Source of the DNA: the human T2T-CHM13v2.0 reference genome, Homo sapiens
Direction: 5' to 3' (one strand)
Assembly: GCF_009914755.1 (NCBI RefSeq)
Contig: NC_060941.1
Length of the DNA stretch: 64,000 bases
The position numbers and the translations under genes were made by a program. The first letter of the stretch is position 1; every line of letters starts with the position of its first letter. Under the pieces are notes generated by a model. That model was not told the origin of the DNA and made no database searches. It saw only the letters and a list, made by a program, of their open reading frames with translations. Shown here in pieces: positions 1 through 15,044 of the stretch.

Positions 1-43
1 GGCCAACATGGCCAGCACGGAAAGGAGTGTTTGAGCCCTACTC

Positions 44-206
44 CGTGGTTCTCAGCCTCAGCGGCATGTTAGAATCTCCTGAGGAATCCTTAAAAAGCAT
101 TGATGTGTGGGTTTCTGATTTAATTGGTCTGGGTACATCCTGGGCACTAGGAATTTTTAAAGCTCCTCAGATGATTCTAATATGCAGCCAAGGATGACAA
201 CCACTG
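44..206. mobile_element. MER5B-like hAT-Charlie element
   Basis: gtggttctca...gatttaattggtctggg...gattctaatatgcagcca...aaccactg terminal inverted repeats. Confidence 0.85.
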
Positions 207-354
207 TCTAAGAGAATGAAGCAAAAAGGGGGGAATATCAGGCTTGGAGAGCATCTTCTTATGGCACATCGTTGGAGTAAAAGTAGTTTAAGCTGTTGAT
301 AATATGAAGAAATGCATAGAACACTTTGGTAAGTATAAGAAAAGCCCCATGTAA

Positions 355-607
355 GCCGGGCGGGGTGGCTCACACCTGTAATCCTAGCACTTTGGGAGGT
401 CAACGAGGGCAGATTGCCTGAGCTCAGGAGTTCAAGACCAGCCTGGGCAACACGGTGAAGCCCCGTCTCTACTAAAATATAAAAAATAAGCCGGGTGTGG
501 CACCATGCACCTGTAGTACAGGCTACTCGGGAGGCTGAGGCAGGAGAATTGCACCAATGCACTCCGGCCTGGGTGACAGAGTGAGACTCCGTCTCAGAAA
601 AAAAAAG
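355..607 (+). mobile_element. AluS with an internal deletion in the right arm
   Basis: ggagaattgc joined directly to accaatgcactcc. Confidence 0.95.
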
Positions 608-619
608 GGGGGAGAGGGG

Positions 620-908
620 GGTCAGGGTGCAGTGGCTCACGCCTGTAATTCCAGCACTTTGGGAGGCCAAGGCGGGTGGATCACGAGGTCAGGAGATCGG
701 GACCATCCTGGCTAACACAGTGAAACCCCGTCTCTACTAAAAATACAAAAAAAAAAAAAAAATTAGCCGCCCGTGGTGGGGGGCGCCTGTAGTCCCAGAT
801 ACTCGGGAGGCTGAGGCAGGAGAATGGCGTGAACCCCGGCAGGTGGAGCTTGCAGTGAGATGAGATCGCACCACTGCACTCCAGCCTGGGTGACAGAGCA
901 AGACTCCA

Positions 909-940
<32 letters not shown>
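620..940 (+). mobile_element. AluY with long A tail and expanded middle A-run
   Basis: gatcacgaggtcaggagatc, ggagaatggcgtgaacc. Confidence 0.97.
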
Positions 941-942
<2 letters not shown>

Positions 943-2179
943 CTGAAAGAGAAGCATGTAAAATTGTATATGTAATACGACCTTCAGAATCTAAACAATT
1001 TATAGAAAAAATAACAAAGGAAACAAAAATGCTAACAACAGTGATTCTAGATGGTGAAATAATAGGCTTCTAAGTTTCTATTTTATCAGATGTTTCTGAA
1101 GTTTTAACTTTTTTCCATGATAAATATGTATTACTTTTATAATTCAGAAAATAAAAGTTAAAAAAAAAAACTAGGGGGAAAATGACAAATCCTTTGGACT
1201 ACATTCAAGGCCTCTATGATGGGGCCCTGCCTACCCCTCAGCCAGGTCTCAGTACTCTCTCTGTCCCCACACGCCCCAGGTTCCAGCCACTGCACATCTC
1301 CAGACCTCACAATGTCTCATCCCAGTCACTCCAGACAGAATCTCCCTTTAACTATAGATGTAGTTTTTGATCTTCCAACGAGGTCATGCCTCCTCCCTGA
1401 TGAAGCTTTCTCATATGCCCAAATGGAAGCCTTCGTATTAGCCCCTTTACCAGCTCAGAGGTTCCCAAAAGTGATCCCCATTGAGAAATAATACCCTTCA
1501 TCCTAGGAGCAAAGACATCATCGTAAGGACCCTGGGTGAAAAGAAGTTATTTTCCGTCCCGCACGTACTGCTCTGCCCTCGCCCCTTCCGGAGCAGAGCT
1601 CGCTCTCAGACCCACGTGCACATTCTCCAGCCCTGCAGACCTCACCTCGCCAGAGGCAGAAGGAAGTCCAGGCATTTGCACCAGTTCATTTAGATCTTAG
1701 CAGAGCGTAAAATTTACTTTCTGGGAAATTATAAAAACATGCAATCTGCAGGTCTATCCATAATAAAGGGCTTGCTCTCAAGGCAGAAGCCTCTTAGTAC
1801 TGTTCTGTAGGCAGACTCCTTCCCTTTGGTCAGTGTAAGCTCCCTGGAGCAACTCGCAATCAGGGGTGGCTTTGAAACCAGCAGAAGGAGCACCCAGTAG
1901 AGGGGCACACTAGATTCTGGCAGGAACAACTCTTAACCCCCAGAAACAAGGTAGCTTAATTAAAACAGAAAAAGGAAGAATCTCTACATCTAGGTTGAGA
2001 TGGGACCAGCTATAACTTTTCAGGGGGTCATCCTTCCAGGTTCCTTTCTTCCAGGCAGGCCAGCCTCTGCCCATGTGGTACCTTACCCTACACACTTACT
2101 ATTACACACTCTGTCCAGGTCGTTTGCTTCCTGAGAGTTCCTCCTGCTTAGAATGGTGAGAGAAGCACTGAATTCAGAC

Positions 2180-2395
2180 TCACGGCCTTCAGAGCCTCCC
2201 AATCTGGCCTGTTCACCCTGGCTCTGCCCCTCACTCACTGTGTGACACCAGGTAGGTGTCTTCAGCTGTCTGAGCCTGTTTTTCTCATCCACAAAGACAA
2301 GATAACAATACCCACCTGCAGGGCTGTGGGGCGGAGTCACAGTTATATACAAGAAGCTCCTAGCACTATGCTTGGCATAAAGTCGGTGCTTAATG
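2180..2395 (+). mobile_element. MIR
   Basis: ctctgcccctcactcactgtgtgac...ctgagcctgttttt ctcatc...cttggcataaagtcggtgcttaat. Confidence 0.7.
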
Positions 2396-3624
2396 GTCAG
2401 TACCTGTGATTGGGGCTGTCCACAAATTTTTCATTTCCCAAGGCCCAGCTGCAGCCCATCTCCTCCAGGAATCATTTCCTGACAACCCAACCCAACTCAG
2501 ACTTCTCCCTCTCTTGGCTCTGATGATTCTTGCAGTCCGCCCCATCAGCCTAACACCTGATTTCTCACTTACCTTGGGCACTGATGCTTCTCCAGGAGCT
2601 TTCCTTATCACCCCCCAATGAACAGAAAATTCTCCATTAGGAAGAAGCACCTCTTCCTCTTCTCCTGCCTCCCCCACAGTGCAGGGATAGGCACATCATA
2701 GTTGCTCCAGTAGGTAGGCAGGATATGGTCTGTTCACTGAGGGATACAAGTTCGACCTTTATAACGAAGGCAATAGGGAGCTAGTGAAGGTTCTGGAGGA
2801 GGGAGATGACAGAAGGTGTCATTCGCGTGAGCACTGAGCAGCGGTGCACAGTATTTCCAGTCTGTTTCCTTCCTGCTTTCCCTGCAGAAGCCGCTGGCAG
2901 AGTGATGAATGCACAGTGGCTGAGCATTATTAATCACCTTAAAAGTAAACATTCATCTTGGTGCAGAATTTTTACTTTTCTCCTCTAATAACAGATTAGA
3001 GCACCCAGATATTAATGGGCCAGATAATTTACATTTTCCTTAAGCAGAAAACACAAACCATCAGACCCTTGTGGCAACACCACTTCCTGACACATTGAGA
3101 GATAGGCCAAATAAACTGCTGTAACTAAAACACTCACATACGCACGCTCACCCGCCGATACGTGGCAGTTTGCAAACATTTCGCAACAAGCTCAATATAA
3201 TTTCTATACACAATTACTCATTCCCTTCTGGAGGATTTTCCTCTCCTCCTTGCCTTCCCAATTGCTCGGGGCCATTAAACCACAAATCCTTGGGTAGAGT
3301 TCCCCTCTGCTGCTTTCCTTAAACTCTGACCTTAGCCCTAAATAAGTCAGTCCTTAAAGGAAACAACTCATTGAGTAGCCAGTGCTACCAAGAAACAAAG
3401 TGGGCCGTGGACCTTCGCCACTCTTTTCACCTCTTCTCCTACCAGGGATCCCGAAAAGGGAGAAGCATGTCTGAAAAGAGAAGCCAGAGGAGAAAAATCT
3501 TTGCATCTTGATCCTCTTTATGTGATCACCCATGCAAAGTTGCCATAGTGGATTACCTGAGGTTCCAGCCAAAGAGTGAAATACTGCAGTAGGCCAAGCC
3601 ATGAAGAAGAGAGAGGACAGCAAC

Positions 3625-3757
3625 TTATTCCTGCACTGACGATGACTTATTGTATGATCTTGACCAATTCCTCAATCTTCTCTGAGATGTGGGTTCCCCA
3701 TCTGTACAATGAATGGTTTGGTTTTGATGACTCAAAACTCTGACATTTTGTGATTTA
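3625..3757 (+). mobile_element. MIR3/MIRc remnant
   Basis: tgatcttgaccaattcctcaatcttctctgag...ccccatctgtacaatg. Confidence 0.6.
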
Positions 3758-3841
3758 ACTTCTGGGCACCAACAGTCACACAGGGCAGCAGCATTGAGTA
3801 TTAGAGCTGAGCAGTTAAAAACAGCATGCATAATACTTAAT

Positions 3842-4071
3842 CCCTGGTTGAGCTAGCCACTGCACATGCTCAGTACTCAGGAGAACTACCTGCTGAGAAT
3901 GCTCAGTCCACAGGTGAGCAACCCACTGAGCATGCTCAGTCCCCCTCCAAGTGTACTACCCACTGGGCATGCTCCGTGCCAAGGCAATCAAGTTCCCTAA
4001 GGCACCAGAGCACATCCCCTCTCACGGAGCATATTCAGTTCTAAAGAAAAGTGACACTAGGCATGCTTAAT
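3842..4071. repeat. Degenerate ~33-bp tandem repeat with a palindromic ACTGAGCATGCTCAGT core
   Basis: Cores at 3859, 3892, 3925, 3962, 4024 and 4056. Confidence 0.8.
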
Positions 4072-4991
4072 TACAGGGCAGTAGACTGTCTGCCAGTGAA
4101 AGCTGATCCTCTCTCCTTGGGCTCCCCAGAAATAGGATAGGCACACAGTGGGCCCACAGCAACTAGTTGAATTAAACAAGTCAAATAATCTTAGCCACGC
4201 TGTCTCTGTTCACCTGTTGAGTTCTACAGACTCTCATTATGACATACATGGCCTTAAGTGTTTACAACAAAACAAAGTTCCCAGCAAATAAACTTGCACC
4301 AGCCAACCACTCCAAAACAGAATATATCCTCATAATATGTTTTCAAACTCATCACACCTGTAAGAATACAGAAGATTTGATTAATACTATCCACCAATTT
4401 TACCTAATTGACATTTATAGCTCTCTCTATCTAACAGCAGAAATCACATTTTTTTCAGGTAGCAAGGAATATCCATTGGCCATATACTTGGCTGAAAAGC
4501 ATGTCTCAAAAATTTTTAAAAGACTGAAATCATACAAGTTATTTTATTATAGTGGAATTAAATTAAAAAGTAATAACAGATATCTAGAAAATCACCAAAT
4601 ATTAGGAAATTAAATAAAACACTTTTAAATAACTCATAGATCAATGAAGAAATCACAGGGAAATTGGAAAGTGTTTCAAACTGAATGACAATAAAAGCAA
4701 CACATATCAAAATTTGTAGGATATGGTTGAAGTGGAGATTAGAAGGGAAGTTGGATCTTTAAATGCCTAGATTAATAAAGAAAAAAAGGCACAAAATCAA
4801 AGATCTAAGCATCCACCTTCAGACACAAAAAAAGAAGAGCAAATGAAACTCAGTGTAAACAGGAAATGGAAAACAATAAGAAGACAGAAAATCGATGATA
4901 TAGAAATGAGATAGACAATTAATCTTTTCTTTGAAAAGATTAATAAAACTGACAGACCCTTTGAAGAAGACTAGCCAAGAAAAAAAGGAGA

Positions 4992-5115
4992 TCATCTATG
5001 AACCAGAAAATGGGCCCTCACCAGACACTCAATCTGATGGCACATTGATCCTGGACTCTACTTTGTTTCTAGAACTATGAGAAATTAAATTTCTGATGTT
5101 TATAAGCCAAAAAAA
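4992..5115 (+). mobile_element. 3' fragment of a MaLR LTR (MST/MLT1A-type) ending in an A tail
   Basis: catctatgaaccagaaaatgggccctcaccagacac...agaactatgagaaattaaatttctgatgtttataagcc+A7. Confidence 0.75.
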
Positions 5116-5884
5116 GAAAAAAAGAACAGAAAACGCATATTACCAATATGAGAAATTACATATGGCATATCACTATAGATCCTATATCTATTAAAAAACA
5201 ATACAAAATATTATGAACAACTTTAGGTCAATAAATTGACAACTTAGACAAAACAGACAAACTCCTTGGAAAAGATAAATCACAAAAATGAAATACATGA
5301 AATTATAAATCTAAATCATCCTACATCTATTAAGTAATTTTAATTCATAGTCAACAACTTTCCCACAAAGAAAATTCTGAGTCCAAGTGGCTTTACCAGT
5401 GAATTTCATCAAACATATAAGGAAGATATAATAAATTGGTATTAAACAAACTCTGAAAGTCAAAGAGAAGGAAATATTTTCCAACTCATTTAATGAAGTC
5501 AGAATAATCCTGACATCAAAAACTGACAAAGATATTAGAAAAGATTGTTACAGACCAATATTTCTCGTAATTAAAGAGATTTTTTAAACCCTTGTTAAAC
5601 TACTAGCAAATTAAACAGCAGTATAGAGAAGTATAATATAACCTGACAAAGTTGTGTTTATCACAGTAATGCAAAGTTGATTAACATTTGGAAAATAAAA
5701 CAAATCAAGTTGAAAAATTTTTGAGAAAATCTGAAATTCACAAAATTAACAGAATAAGGGAGAAAAAGATCGATGTAATTCACAACATTGATTGAATAAA
5801 GGAGAAAAATAATATAATTCAGACAAAACATTGGGCCAATTCAATACCCATTACAGTTAAAAAAAAAAAAAACTATGAGGGGCC

Positions 5885-6366
<482 letters not shown>

Positions 6367-6557
6367 TCATAAATATTGGAAATTGAAAAGTAAAGCTGTA
6401 TTCACAGACAACGTGGTTATATTCATGCAATACTCTGGAATCTTCACAAATATATTAGAATAATTGTATTTATGAATCTTACAGGATACAATGTCATTAT
6501 ATTTAAAAAATCAATTATTGCTCTACATAATAGCCACCAAAAAATGGAAAATAAAAA

Positions 6558-6850
6558 CTTTTTTTTTTTTTTTTGAGACAGGATCTTGCTCTGTCACCCA
6601 GGCTAAAGTGCAGTGGCACAAACAGGGATCACTGTAGCCTTGACCTCCCTGGCTCAGGTGATCCTCCCACCTCAGTCTCCTGAGTAGTTGGGACCACAGA
6701 TGCATACTGCCATGCTGGGCTAATTTTATTTAGTTTTATTTTTTGTAGAGACGGGGTCGTGCCATATTGCCCAGGCTGGTGTCAAACTCCTGGGCTCAAG
6801 CAATCCTCCTGCCTTGGCCTCCCAAAGTGCTAGGATTACAGGCACAAGCA
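6558..6850 (-). mobile_element. AluJ
   Basis: gcctt gacctcc...gatcctcccacctcag; ctcctgggctcaagc. Confidence 0.92.
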
Positions 6851-7889
6851 ATAAAATGTTTTTAAATTGTCATTTGCAATAAAATTAATAAACTCAAATA
6901 CCTAGGTATGATTCTAATTAATAAGGAGCAAAAGCACTGTACTGAAAACTACAAAACAGTTGCTGAGAGAAATTTAAAAGACTTTTAAAATGGAAATATA
7001 TCATGTTTGTGGATTAAACAACTTGATATTGTTAAGATGTCATTTGCCCCCAAAGTGATCTATCAATCACAATCCCAAATTCCAAGAGGAGTTTTTGAAT
7101 TGACAAGTTGGTTCTAAAATATATATGGAAATGCAAAGTACCTAGAGTAGCCAAAACAAAAAAGACAAAGTTGGAAGACTTAAACTAATATCAAATCTTT
7201 CTATAAAGTAACAGCAATGAAATCAGTATGATTTTGGTGTAAGAATAGGTGAAGAGAGCAGAATACAAGGTCCAAAAATAGACCCACACACAGTCAATTA
7301 ATTTTTAGCCAAGCCAATTCAATAAAGGAGAGGAAAGGCTTGTTACAATGTGTCAGAATAACTGCCTAGTTCTATTTAAAAACAAAGAATCTCAACTCCT
7401 ACCTCACTCCATATGCAAAAATGTATTAGAAGATCATAAAGCTAAACATAGTGCTAGATCCAGAAATCTTCCAGAGAAAACATAAAATAATATCTCTGAG
7501 ACTTGGGATACACAAAGACTTCTTAGAACACAGAAGCCAGTCATCATAAAAGAAAAAATTAACAAATGGAATTAATGAAAATTTAAATTTCTGCTCATCA
7601 GACTATGCCATTAATAAAATGAACAAGGAGGCCGGCCACACACTGAGAAAAATATCACAATATGTGTATCTCTAACAAAGGACTCATATTCCAAATATAT
7701 GAGGAATTCCTACTAATCAACAAAAACACAAGTAGCACAACTTTAAAAATGGGCAAAAGATTTGAAAAGACATTCCAAAAAAGAAGATATATGAATGGTC
7801 ATTAAGACATGAAAAATGCTCAGTATCAATTTTCTTCAGGAAATGCGAATTAAAATCACAATGAGATATCTTTCATACCCACTACAATG

Positions 7890-8135
7890 TGTTCTTTTTT
7901 GGCAAGTGGGGTATTTATTAAAGACCTACATTTGTGTTAAGAGGGGAAAGAAGCAGGATTGGGCAGAAAGAAGCTGGAAGGCAGTGCGGTCACAGTCTAG
8001 CCTGGGTATATGTGGCTGTTCAGACATGTCTCATTTGGGGCCCAAATGGCCAGGCTTCTTATTCCTCCAGTGGATCCATGAGAATTATAGTGGGTCCACT
8101 TCTGCTTCCACTGCTTGATTTCTGGACCCATGTAT
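7890..8135 (-). mobile_element. ERVL-like LTR/internal fragment within the L1
   Basis: gaagcaggattgggcaga; cttccactgcttgatttctggacccatgtat. Confidence 0.4.
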
Positions 8136-8764
8136 CCTTTTAATTGTCGTACAAGACGGCATTCCATCCTTGTAGAGGGCCACCTCCAAGCTGACACCTC
8201 AACCGCACCTTGGGTATGCCATCTACCAAAACTCTATCAGGCTGGAAGCTGGAATGTACTTTTTGAATGATGGAGAATGAGCACAAGGAATCTTTTTGGA
8301 GAGATGAAAATATTCTAAAAGTAGATGGTGGTGATGGTTGCACAACTCTATAAATGTACGAAAAATCATCGAACTATGCCTTCACAATGGCGGAAATGTA
8401 TATGTAAATTACTCCTCAATATGTTCATACATTGCTACTGAAGGTATAAACCATATATCACAATTGAAAGATACAAGCATGTAGTAAAATTGTAAAGAAA
8501 AGCTAGAGAACGATAAACATAAAATTCAGGAGAGTAGTTACCTACGAGGGGGACAGAGGAGAATGGGAAGTGATAATGGCAAAGAAGAAATGTTGAAGGT
8601 ATTGGTAATCTTTTTCCCTATATTAGGTGGTGGTATAAAAGTGTTCATTGTATCAATATTTCTTATACCTTCTATCTAGTTTATAAATATTAATAAAGAT
8701 TATTTTGTTTCTACTCACATACATAAAACAACTTATAGTTAATAAAAACAACTTAAAATAAATT

Positions 8765-9841
<1,077 letters not shown>

Positions 9842-10413
9842 TCATTGTCTGGGGTTTTCAGAGAAGGAAAGTGAGAAAGCTTAGGTGCAGGAGCAGGAAG
9901 AGTGTTGAATGGTGATAGCCCTTCAATCAGTGGCAATACCTTCAGCAGGGACTCCTGGGCACAGTATCTGCACACCTGGAGAAATAGTAAGTTCCAGGGC
10001 AGGCTAAGATACCATCACAAATAGACCCACAATATGTTAATGACTCAAACACAATAGATGTCATTCCTGCCTCAAATACCTAGTCCAGAGAAGGTGGTCC
10101 TCCTTCGTGCAGCGTTTTCAGTCCCAGACTCCTTTTATCTTCTGGCTTCTCTATTCTCTAAGGCCTTATTGTCATCTGCTTCCAGTCAGAGAGAAAAAAA
10201 AGAAGGAGGCAGGAGGGACATATCTGCTTTTTTTAACGTTTTAGCCCAGCAACCTTAGGGCAGACAAAGATGTCTTAGAACAGGACACGACGAAAACACA
10301 CCATCAAAGAAAAAAACTGACACGCCAATTAATTGGACTGCATCGAAATGAAATATTTCTCCTTTTCAAAACACAACATGAACAAAATGAAAAGCCAAAC
10401 CACAAAGAAAACA

Positions 10414-11018
10414 TTTATTGCGGCATTATTCACAATAGCAAAGACTTGGAACCAACCCAAATGTCCAACAATGATAGACTGGATTAAGAAAATGTGGCAC
10501 ATATACACCATGGAATACTATGCAGCCATAAAAAATGATGAGTTCATGTCCTTTGTAGGGACATGGATGAAATTGGAAATCATCATTCTCAGTAAACTAT
10601 CGCAAGAACAAAAAACCAAACACCGCATATTCTCACTCATAGGTGGGAATTGAACAATGAGATCACATGGACACAGGAAGGGGAATATCACACTCTGGGG
10701 ACTGTGGTGGGGTGGGGGGAGGGAGGAGGGATAGCATTGGGAGATATACCTAATGCTAGATGACGAGTTAGTGGGTGCAGCGCACCAGCATGGCACATGT
10801 ATACATATGTAACTAACCTGCACAATGTGCACATGTACCCTAAAACTTAAAGTATAATTAAAAAAAAAAAAAGTTAAAAATCATCTAATATATGTGGCAT
10901 ATATGAAGATGTTACAAAGTTTCTGAAGATGTATTTTGTAAAAATCCAATAAATTTGAACTCCTGAATAACAAAAAAAATAAATAAATAAAATAAAATAA
11001 AATAAAATTATAAAAAAA
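10414..11018 (+). mobile_element. 5'-truncated L1PA2-type insertion with 3' transduction
   Basis: Near-consensus young L1 3' end with GAG (gatgacgagttag) and A (cttaaagtat) diagnostics; TSD AAAGAAAACATTT (10404-10416 / 11019-11031). Confidence 0.95.
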
Positions 11019-11214
11019 AAAGAAAACATTTTTGTAATTCACATACCAAACAAAGGACTTGCATCCACAGTATATAAAGAACCCCTAGAATTCAATAAGA
11101 CCCCCCCCCAAATTCAGTGGCAAAAGATTTTAAGACACTCACAAAAGGAGATGTGCATGAAAGGATGTTTGACATCATCAGTCATCAAGGAAATGCAAAT
11201 TAAAACCACAAAGA

Positions 11215-11385
11215 GGCCAGGCATGGTGGCTTATGCCTGTAATCCCAGCACTTTGGGAGGCTGAGGTGAGCAGATCGCCTGAGGTCGGGAGTTCAAGACC
11301 AGCCTGGCCAACATGGCAAGACCCCATCTCTACTAAAAATACAAAAATTAGCTGGACGTGGTGGCGGGTGCCTGTAATCCCAGCC
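11215..11385 (+). mobile_element. Partial Alu (left arm and start of right arm)
   Basis: Breaks off at gtaatcccagc. Confidence 0.92.
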
Positions 11386-12882
11386 TAAAAAGGTAAAAAC
11401 CACAGATATACACAACAACATGAATGCATTTTAAAACATGTGAAGCGAAAGTAGCCAGCCCAGACCACTTCATGTTGTATGATTTTATGTATATGAAATC
11501 CGTGAATGTGCAAATCTAATCTACGATAACATACAGTGGATCAGGCAGTCACCTGTGGGTGGGAGGGATTTATTACAGTGAAGCAAGAGAAAGCCCTTTG
11601 GGGTCACGGAAATGTTCAATAGGTTGATTGTGCTAGTAGTGGTATTCATCAAGCTGGTATTGGGGATATACAAGTTGTACATTTTCAAAGGGTGCTTTTC
11701 ATTGTATGTAAATTCTGTGTTGATAACATTGATTTTTTTTAAGGGAAAGGGGAAGTCTTAGCCTAGAAAGTGCACATAACATAACTTTTACTCACATTAC
11801 GGTGGTTAGAACAAACCATCATAAGTTCACTGCAACTTCAAGGGAGGCTGAGGAGTGTAGTCCAGCTGTGTGGCCAGGAAGAAGAGGAAAAACAGGTTTG
11901 GCAAATAGCAGCAGCATCTGTCACACCCAACTGTCTGCTGCCCAGAGAATCTACTGGAGAGCCCTTCCAAGGCAGATACAGTGAGGCCGCCCCAAGGTTT
12001 ACAGCAAGGCAGGAGATGAGGCTGGGACACAGGGCAGGGCTGAGCACAGAGAAAAGGAGGAGGCTGCTGGAGGAGGAAGCATTCCCAAAAGCCATTTCCA
12101 GAGGAATAAAGCAAGAGGAAATGGTGTCCACAAAAGCTTGGAACAAGAAAGCAGATGTTTGGAGACTGGGTTGGGAAGTCCTGCATGGCTGGACACAGAA
12201 AAGTTGGAAAGAGTAGTGGGTGATGGAGATTCTGGGCTCTAAGATCAAGGGCGAAGCAGTGGGGCTGTCTCTTGTGAACCCTCAGAACCCTGGGAGGGTT
12301 GGAGGGAAGCTCCAGCTCTGACAGCCCCTACACTGTTTGCAGCACTTAGTTGCTTACCTTCCCATGCAGTCCCAGCACAGGGGAGTGAGGGATGGGTCGT
12401 TGCCTGAGGTGCGCACCCCAAGACTGGGGAAGCCCCCTCCACCCGGAGAAGGTGGGAGAAGTTTCGAGCTGTGACTCAGGCTGCACTCCAGGAAAGAGGC
12501 GGATGGAGGAGCCAACGTCACAGGCACGAAGTCGTGTGTGGCTGGAGCCCACTCACAAACCCCACTCCCGTCTGAGTCACTGCACAGAAAAGGCACCTGT
12601 TGCTCAGCAACGGAGGGGAGGTCCCGGCAGGTCCCAGCTCCCGGCTTCAGACTCCGGCCTGGTTAACCCTTCACTTCCCAAGTAGGGGGAATCTGACCCC
12701 AGAAACTCTATGTCAAAGATCTAGACTTACCTGGTTTTGGCTTTACCTGCCAGCCAGCCTATTCCGAAAAGGAACACCTGCCAGTGGAGGATACAGTATC
12801 TACTGCATCCCACTCCCCACTGTCCCACTGAGGGAAGAAAGCCCCCAAAGGACCAAGGCCTTGCCCAAGGCCACACAGTTAA

Positions 12883-13285
<403 letters not shown>

Positions 13286-13414
13286 TCAGGCATGATAGGG
13301 GAAGAGCTGGTGAGGGCCCATAAAATATGTAGGGCCTGAAAAAGAACAATTGGTTCCAAAATACGAAAAGCAAACTGCAAAATCATATTTAGTAAAATGT
13401 TCAATTAAAGATTA

Positions 13415-13792
<378 letters not shown>

Positions 13793-13877
13793 TTACATTT
13801 GAAAACCATGTTCTAGAATTGCTTTCGTCACCTTGCAGAATTCCTAAGGGTGCCTGAGAAAAGCTGACCAACACTAA

Positions 13878-14243
<366 letters not shown>

Positions 14244-15044
14244 ACATCTTCAATTTATTTACAGAAAGAAAAAAAAAAATCCACATTTCATGTGAGGTAT
14301 GTGCTACCTATGATGGGAGAAGCTTCCGGAGGAAGGAGGTGAAAGCCCGATGGAGCCTGGAAATGGATCTGCCTGTGCCTTTTTCTCGAGTCAGGGCTTT
14401 GCAGCTGGAGCCCCAGCCCCTACCTGAAGCTGTAGGTGGGGGACAAAAGGACCCAGCTGGGGGATGCCACGCCCTTCATGACCTCCAGACAGTGGGGCAC
14501 GCTGAGAAAATGCCTGCCTCAGAGGGAAGGAAGTGGCCCCGGAGGATTTTTTCCCTCCTGAATAGGAAAGCTTCTCTCCTGGAGACAGATTCCACAGCTA
14601 ACTGAGCTGCAGCCTGGCAACCGCACCTTCCCAGGCATGCTGAGCGTGTGCGTGGCAGCTCCCCATGCCCTGCTGAAATGCCCGATCCTATTAGTGATAA
14701 GGTGCCGGGGAGAAGTTTTATTTCATGTTCCAAGCAGGTTATGCTGATGCAAACAAGATAAAGGTTTCGTGCTGCGTTCTTAGCTGTACCAGGAGTCCTG
14801 GGGATGGCTTTCCACCAGTAAATGGTAGTACATTATTTGCTCTCTGGGGCAATAAGAGGTGAACAGTCCTGTAGTCTCTCCTTGGGGGATCTACCCTAAA
14901 CCCAAGTACCACCTCAGTCCCAGGCAGAGGATCTGCTGTAGGGACTCCTTGGCCCCCTGCCCTCTTCTCCCTCTCCCACTACAGCTGATCCCCGCCACTC
15001 ACACTATGTGGATGCCTGGGACACCAACAGAGCTGGAGTAGCCA

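Larger units (their letters stand above)
10255..11740 (+). mobile_element. Old L1M 3' region hosting the L1PA2 and the partial Alu
   Basis: caaagatgtcttag...; caaggaaatgcaaattaaaaccaca; L1M-type 3'UTR. Confidence 0.7.
9995..11926 (-). mobile_element. Old MaLR LTR (MLT1K-like) split into 9995-10250 and 11760-11926
   Basis: caagggaggctgaggagtgtagtccagctgtgtggccaggaagaaga-type MLT1K end. Confidence 0.5.

Noticed and set aside
167-670. Alu-derived ORFs throughout the window (e.g. 9154, 13412, 45144, 56019)
   Set aside because: Typical Alu translations ([15 protein letters not shown]); not genes.
3842-4071. CRISPR-like array
   Set aside because: Mammalian DNA, no cas genes, degenerate 16-bp repeats, and spacers that are short and related to each other; it is a tandem repeat.
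10333-10653. ORFs matching the L1 ORF2p C-terminus (also 33028, 42693, 56636) and ORF1p (15323)
   Set aside because: Fragments of 5'-truncated or decayed L1s; no promoter or complete ORF, so not autonomous.
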